A DNA stretch of 64,000 nt from NCBI GenBank assembly GCA_013239625.1, contig MU054472.1, positions 1,281,356 to 1,345,355 of the forward strand, in the 5' to 3' direction. The position numbers were made by a program, and so were the translations under genes. The notes under the pieces were generated by a model that worked only from the letters and a program-made list of their open reading frames with translations, was not told where the DNA came from and ran no database searches. Positions 58,501 to 64,000 of this stretch are shown here, one piece after another (positions within the stretch are counted from its first letter, which is position 1; each line of letters opens with the position of its first letter). Origin of the DNA: Lama guanicoe. Lineage: Eukaryota.

Positions 58501-61500
58501 GGTGGGGAGGGAGGTGGGGGGTGCTGGTAGAGTAGGTGTGATCGGCCTTCTGGCCCCCTCCCCCACCATGCTACCGCCAGGAGAGGACCCGCTGGTGGAA
58601 GGCTGCACGGCCCGGGACCTGGACTCAGTGGCAGGGGTGCTGAAACTCTACTTCCGGAGCCTACAGCCCCCGATATTCCCCCCAGACCTCTTTGGAGAGC
58701 TGCTGGCTTCTGCAGGTGAGGCTAGGGCCCGAGGTGGGCCCTGTGGGACGGGTGCCTCCCCAGTGGCCAGGGCTGCGCTCACCAGCTTCTCTCTGGGGGG
58801 ATGGCCTTGGCCACAGAGCTGGAGGCCATGGCTGAACGGGTGGAGCACGTGAGCGGCCTCCTGGTCCGGCTGCCCGGATCGGTGCTGGTGGTCCTCCGCT
58901 ACCTCTTTACCTTCCTCAACCAGTGAGTGCTTCTTGAGGGGCGAGGGCAGCCGGGGCGGGGGCCCTAGTTGGCTGATGGTGGGGGCAGTCCTGGGGGCAC
59001 GGGGCAGAGAGCTCCTTGCCTATGACCATGTGTACCCCCAGCCTGGCCCAGTACAGCGACGAGAACATGATGGACCCGTACAACCTGGCAGTGTGCTTCG
59101 GGCCGACACTGCTGCCAGTGCCTGCTGGGCAGGACCCAGTGGCCTTGCAGGGCCGGGTGAACCAGCTGGTGCAGACGCTCATCTTGCAGCCCGCTCGGGT
59201 CTTCCCACCCCTGTCCCTGCTGCCTGGCCCGGTCTATGAAAAGTGTATGGCGCCACCTTCTGCCAGCTGCCTGGGGTACGCTCTTTGTGCTTCCTGGAGT
59301 GGAGGTCCAGTGGAGGGGAGCCCCTTGTCTGCTCATCCATCTTGCTCTGCTTTGGACTTCAGGGATGCCCAGCTGGAGGGCCCAGCGGGGGAGAATGAGC
59401 CGGAGCTGGAAGCTGGGACCCTGGCCCTTGAGGATGGTGAGGGTAACAGAAAGGAGGGCCCCCCCATCCCTGCCCCGGGTGCCCAGTACACCCCCTACTC
59501 GGATCCCCTCTCCTCCCCAGACCTGGAGGGGGTCGTGGAGGCCGTGGCCTGCTTTGCCTACACGGGCCGCACGGCGCAGGAGCTGAGCTTCCAGCGCGGG
59601 GATGTGCTGCGGCTGTACGAGCGGGCCTCCCGGGACTGGTGGCGGGGAGAGCGTGCTGGGGCCCGGGGACTCCTTCCTCACAAGTACATCACACTGCCGG
59701 CAGGGTGAGTGAGCGATGCCCACCCTTCCCGGAGGCTCACTTCCCTTTCTCCTTTCACCCAGGTTGCTGGCTCTTCCCCCACCCCGAGTCCCAGCTTCAT
59801 TCCTTCGGCCTGGGGTGGCCCAGGGGGTGCCTTTCTTACCAGTTCTGGCTGGCACTGAGCCGTCTGGCCCCTGAGCCTAGGCCCAGAATGAGTATTCTCA
59901 TCAGGCCGTCTTTCTGACCCCAGGGCAGAGAAGTTTGCTGTGGGCCAAGGGCCGCAGGCCTCAGGGGAGCTGGTGAGCGGTCCTGAGGGCCTCCCAGCCT
60001 TGGAATTTGTCCAGAGGTGAGGACGGGCAAGACAGCACCTCCGGAAGACCCCTTCTGCTGGCCCTGCTGGCCCACCCCAGCCTGAGCCCTGCCATGGGGG
60101 CGAGGCGGGTCCCAGGCAGCAGGCCCTGGGCCAGGTGGGAGGGGGAGGGGGTCAGGCTTTAGCTACAAGAAGTGGGACCAGCCTCAGTTCCCTTTCCCTC
60201 AGCCACGCCCCAGAGGGGAGAAGCCATTGCAGGTAGTGTGGGGACTTCCCAGGGCCCCTCCAGGCTCACTGCCTGTGCCCTGCAGGCCAGAGCCATGCAC
60301 CCCACCCGAGGCCCCTCTGGGCACACCCGGGGGCCCTTCTGGACACAGACGGCACTGCTTGGTCCTGACATCCCCAGAGCGACACGTGGAGGTGGATAAG
60401 GTGAGTACTGGGACAGGCTATGTGGCAAGTGGGGGAGCACTGCTCCTGGGGGAGGCGTCTCTCCTTCCCCTCATGAGCCAAACTCTTCCCTCCTGAGGTG
60501 CAAGTCTGACCTCAGACAAACCATCTGAGCCCAGCCTAAGGAGGGGCAGGCCCGCAAGGGTATGAGGGCAGCAGGGAAGGGGGGCCTGGACAGGGTAGAG
60601 GGGGGACATGGGGGCTCGCACATTTGGGCTTCACGTTTGGGTCTCGAGTGGGAAGTGGTGAGTGGTGTAGGCAAGGGGCTTCTGGGCAGGCTTCAAGGCT
60701 GGCATCGAGAGCCAGGCTAGGTAACAGGCAGTGACATGGCAGGTGCTTGGCGAGCCAGGGAGGATGAAGGGGACAGACAGGAAAGAGGCTGGGGGAGATG
60801 ACTGATGGAGGAGCCGGGCAGGGTCGTGGTTCTTAGGGAGAGCGAGTGCTGGTTGCAGCTCAGGTGCAGCCTGGGGAGACCCGGCTCCCTGCTCTGTCCA
60901 CTGGGCCCAGCGCCCCCGCCTGCGGGCTCCCAGTGAGCACCACTGGGCTGAAACCGAAGCCCCAGCAACAGTCTGGGCACGAGGACAGATGGCAAGAGCA
61001 TTCTGTGTCCTGGGTGTGGCCCAGCGGCCAGGTCTGGGAGCCCAGGGGCAGAGGCGTGACCTGGGCTGTCGGGTGCGGTGGCCGGGGGAGCCAGAGCCAG
61101 GCGGTGTGGGAGGTAGGGCAGCTGGGAGACCCCAGGGCAGGCGGGCAGCAGGGGAACCCTAGTCTGGGAGGTCTGGGCACACTGGTGGCCCCTGAAGCCA
61201 GGGGTGGTGGCTGTGATCTCAGCCAAGGAGAGAGTGGGCATGAGAGGAAGAGGGGGACCCGGGCCCAGCCAGAGCACCCCCACTTCAGGGCTGGGCTGAG
61301 GATTGCTGTCCCCAGAGGAGCTGTGACAGCCACACCAAAAGTGTCAGGAGCGAAACCGGGCCAGGGAGGGGCGCACGGAGAGGAGGGGCCTGGGGACAGG
61401 CGGTAGCCGAGGACTTTGTTTTTGAGTGGGGAGGAGTTCAGGTAGAGGCTTGGGCAGCAGAGGGCAGGAGGATCTCACTCCTAGGTTGGTTGGCAACATT

Positions 61501-61810
61501 GATGGGGGTGGGGGGACTGGCTGTGCAGGTAGGGCTGCTCTCACCGGAAGCCCTCCCTTTCCCTCCTCTCTTCCAGGCGGTGGCACAGACCATGGACTCT
61601 GTGTTTAAGGAGCTCTTGGGAAAGACCGCAGTCCGTCAGGGCCTCGGGCCAGTGGCCACCAACTCCCCTAGCCCTGGGCCCCGCAGCCCGAAGCCAGCTG
61701 CCTGCAGCCGCTTCGGCAAGAACAAAGGCTTCTCCCGTGGCCCTGCGGCCCCAGCCTCCCCCTCAGCCTCTCATCCCCAGGGCCTGGACTCACCCCTCAA
61801 GCCGCACTGA
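46593..61810 (+). CDS. ARHGAP4: Rho GTPase-activating protein 4 (F-BAR, RhoGAP, SH3), 954 aa, 22 exons
   Basis: Exons 46593-46659, 50706-50913, 50990-51152 (GC donor), 51328-51390, 51676-51864, 52481-52609, 52690-52911, 56438-56539, 56677-56868, 56963-57047, 57254-57281, 57516-57618, 58250-58310, 58409-58486, 58581-58715, 58817-58922, 59042-59275, 59363-59436, 59521-59704, 59924-60016, 60286-60400, 61577-61810; 2865 nt in frame. Motifs: MAAHGKLRRERGLQAEYETQVKE, arginine finger EGIFRVSG, NMMDPYNLAVCFGPTL, SH3 AVACFAYTGRTAQELSFQRGD...WWRG. Confidence 0.97.
54299..54414 (-). mobile_element. tRNA-derived SINE (camelid Vic-1-like), copy 1
   Basis: Reverse complement reads GGGAGGGTATAGCTCAATTGGTAGAGC...GGTTCAATCCCCAG (A and B boxes) with an A-rich tail; imperfect TSD caagaat(g/t)ctt. 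Confidence 0.85.
54542..54658 (-). mobile_element. tRNA-derived SINE (camelid Vic-1-like), copy 2
   Basis: Same head and tail (ATAAATAAACCTAATTACCTCCCC); TSD aatt(c/t)tgcttt. Confidence 0.85.
54902..55014 (-). mobile_element. tRNA-derived SINE (camelid Vic-1-like), copy 3
   Basis: Same consensus; perfect TSD tgttttcttg at 54885-54894 and 55016-55025. Confidence 0.88.
55770..56290 (-). mobile_element. Old L1 (L1MB-like) 3' fragment
   Basis: ttgtggtaaaatat...cctcatacaagtgcaatcatatactatttgtccttttgtg...cattccattgtatggatagacc. Confidence 0.65.
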
Positions 61811-62802
61811 GGTGGCTGCCGGTTCCTCTGCAGGCCCCGCCCTGCCCCAGGTGGCCACTGGCGAGTCTGGCCACAGTCCCCAGGCCCTTTGCTTCTCCCT
61901 GGCCCTGTCCAGCCTGCCTGCTCATGACGCTTTGCAGAGAGGAGGACGTGGCTGCCCCAGCCCACCCCTGGCTCCCCTGCCCTGGCTCTGGAAGGCGGCC
62001 AATGAGGGAGGCTGGTGGCAGGCCTCTCCTGGGCCTGGCCGTGAGGGCTTGTCGGTGGTGGTCAGGTGGTGGGCGCCCTTGCTCAGCCCAGGGCGCTAGC
62101 CTGGTAGGGGTTGGCAGGCATTGGCTGCCGTTCATAAAATCCTGTGCGTTGACTCCCCCACGTGAGCCAGCTCTCTGTCTTGGGGGTTAGGCAGGTGGGT
62201 ACAGGGCCAGCCCCCTGGCCCCCCTGACTTCTCAAGGCCAGATAGTGGGGCACTCAGCAAAGATGGCAGGTTGGGAACAGCTTCTACAGGGGGTTCCTTG
62301 GCACAGGGCTATGTGGGTCGGGGACCTGCACATTGGAAGGCCCAGTCGCCTGTGTGCTGGGTTCCAGAGATGTGCACATGTCTGTGGGTATGGGAGAGGT
62401 CTAAGACTTTCCATGCTGCCCCCACACCCAGTGTTATCCTGATCTAAGGAAACTCGCCAGGTGGAAAATGAATTGGAACTTTTATGAGAGAGAGTGAGAA
62501 GGGAGGGCAGAGGGGGACTAGGCGGGTGGAGAAAGGAAGGTCCCCTGGCCCCACCCCCTCTCCTTCCTCCTGGGCTCCCTGAGACGCACTGATTGGGCCG
62601 GAAGCCATACGCCACCCCCAGACCCTGCAGCCTATTGCTGTGGCCCCTCCCCACACCTGGTGCCAAGGAGCTGTTCTCCAGCCCCTCATAATCACAGAGC
62701 CAATTCCCGATGGGCACCCCCTCTCCCAGTGGCTCCCAGGCTAGCCCCAGGCAGGCAGCTGAGCTTCATGGAGCCTCTGGAAGGAAGGCACCCAGTGGCT
62801 TC

Positions 62803-64000
62803 TCAGGAGGAGGTGTCTTTGGGCAGGAAGGAGCTGGCAGTGGCGCAGGACTCATCCCGGGGCCCCGGGCTGGGCGGGGTGCGCCTGCAGGCACAGCAGA
62901 GCAGACTCCGCAGCTCCGAGGAGACGCTGCTGCTGAAGGAGGCGTAGATCCAGGGATTGGTACAGCTGTTGAGACTGGCCAGCAGCATGAGCAGCACGAA
63001 GGGGGGCCCTGTGTAGGTGGAGGAATCCTCTCTGGGGCTGTGTGCCCGGGGAAGGGTGTGAGCCCACGTGCTCGCTAGGGGATAGCAGTCCACATAAACA
63101 CTCGTGGCTGGATGAGTTGGGGGTTGGGGGAAGCAGGGCGGTAAAGGTACCCATGCCGCCAAGCCCGAGTGGCCCCCACGGCCCAACCACAACCACACCC
63201 ACCTTCTTGAGGTGCCTCTGGGTCCCACGCTGCCCACAGCTGCACAAGGAAGAAGGGCGCCCAGCACAGCACGTACACGATCACGATCACCAGGGTCATC
63301 CTCACGGTCTTGGCCATGGCGGCCGACACCCGGGCTCCCTCGGTGGGACTGCCAGTCCGGCGCCCTCCGCGGTGCCCACCAGCCCTCTCTGCTGGCCCTG
63401 GCACCAGGCTGGCATGAATCTCCCGGAAGATGAGCACCTGGCAGGCGGTGATGCCCAGCGCAGGTGCCACAAACACCACTAGGGCAATCCAGGTGACGTA
63501 GGCACGGAGGCCCCAGGGCTCGGCAAAGCGGGCCCAGCAGTCGAGGACCCCGCTGCCATCGCCCACGTCGCGCTGGGCAAAGATGAAGAGTTGGGGCAGG
63601 CTGAGAAGAAGCGAGAAGGCCCAGGCCACCAGCACTGGCCGGTTCCAGTGAGCTCCACCTCCATGGCGGTATGCCAGCATGGGGCGGCAGATGGCGCGGT
63701 GGCGGTCCAGAGTCATGGCCAGGATCATGTAGGAGGAGGCATACATGCCTACCATCTGCAGGTACTTGACAGCCCGGCACAGGGCGTCAGGCCCACGGAA
63801 GCGGTCGGTGGCATCCCAGGCCAGCTGGGGCAGCACTTGGAACAGAGCCACGGTCAGGTCAGCCAGGCACAAGTGGCCGATGAAGACATGCATGGGTGCC
63901 CAGCGGCCCCGCCGGCCCCGGCGCACCAGAGCCCCTAGCACCAAGCCATTGCTCAGGGCCACGGCCACGAAGACCGTGGAGAGCAGGGCCAGCTCTGCCT
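62803..64000 (-). CDS. AVPR2: Vasopressin V2 receptor (class A GPCR), 5'-partial: exon 2 (63203->64000) and exon 3 (62803-63008)
   Basis: [19 protein letters not shown] motif, [21 protein letters not shown]-terminus ELRSLLCC...KDTSS*. GT-AG intron 63009-63202. Confidence 0.98.

Noticed and set aside
62803-63780. 325-aa minus-strand ORF
   Set aside because: Only its last ~68 codons are AVPR2 exon 3; the rest is intron and off-frame exon 2.

Overview
This is mammalian genomic DNA orthologous to the human Xq28 block, read in reverse orientation relative to the human reference. On the + strand lie HCFC1 (26 coding exons, 5447-26104), RENBP (11 exons, 30736-37965), NAA10 (8 exons, 38438-42989) and ARHGAP4 (22 exons, 46593-61810). 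The 3' part of AVPR2 converges from the - strand (62803->64000). Three tRNA-derived SINEs that look like the camelid Vic-1 family point to Camelus, Vicugna or Lama as the source. All visible exons splice in frame. Six N-gaps hide parts of HCFC1 exons 1, 3, 6, 8 and NAA10 exon 5. I found no new gene family. The best second-look items are regulatory or isoform-level: an open alternative-frame NAA10 last exon resembling the mouse ARD1-225 isoform; a triplicated 20-bp YY1 module in the HCFC1 promoter that also encodes strong-Kozak uORFs; an orphan CpG-island promoter between NAA10 and ARHGAP4; CATAAA-only poly(A) signals for convergent ARHGAP4/AVPR2; two GC-AG introns; and AVPR2 substitutions. Comparisons to human and mouse are from memory, not from database searches.
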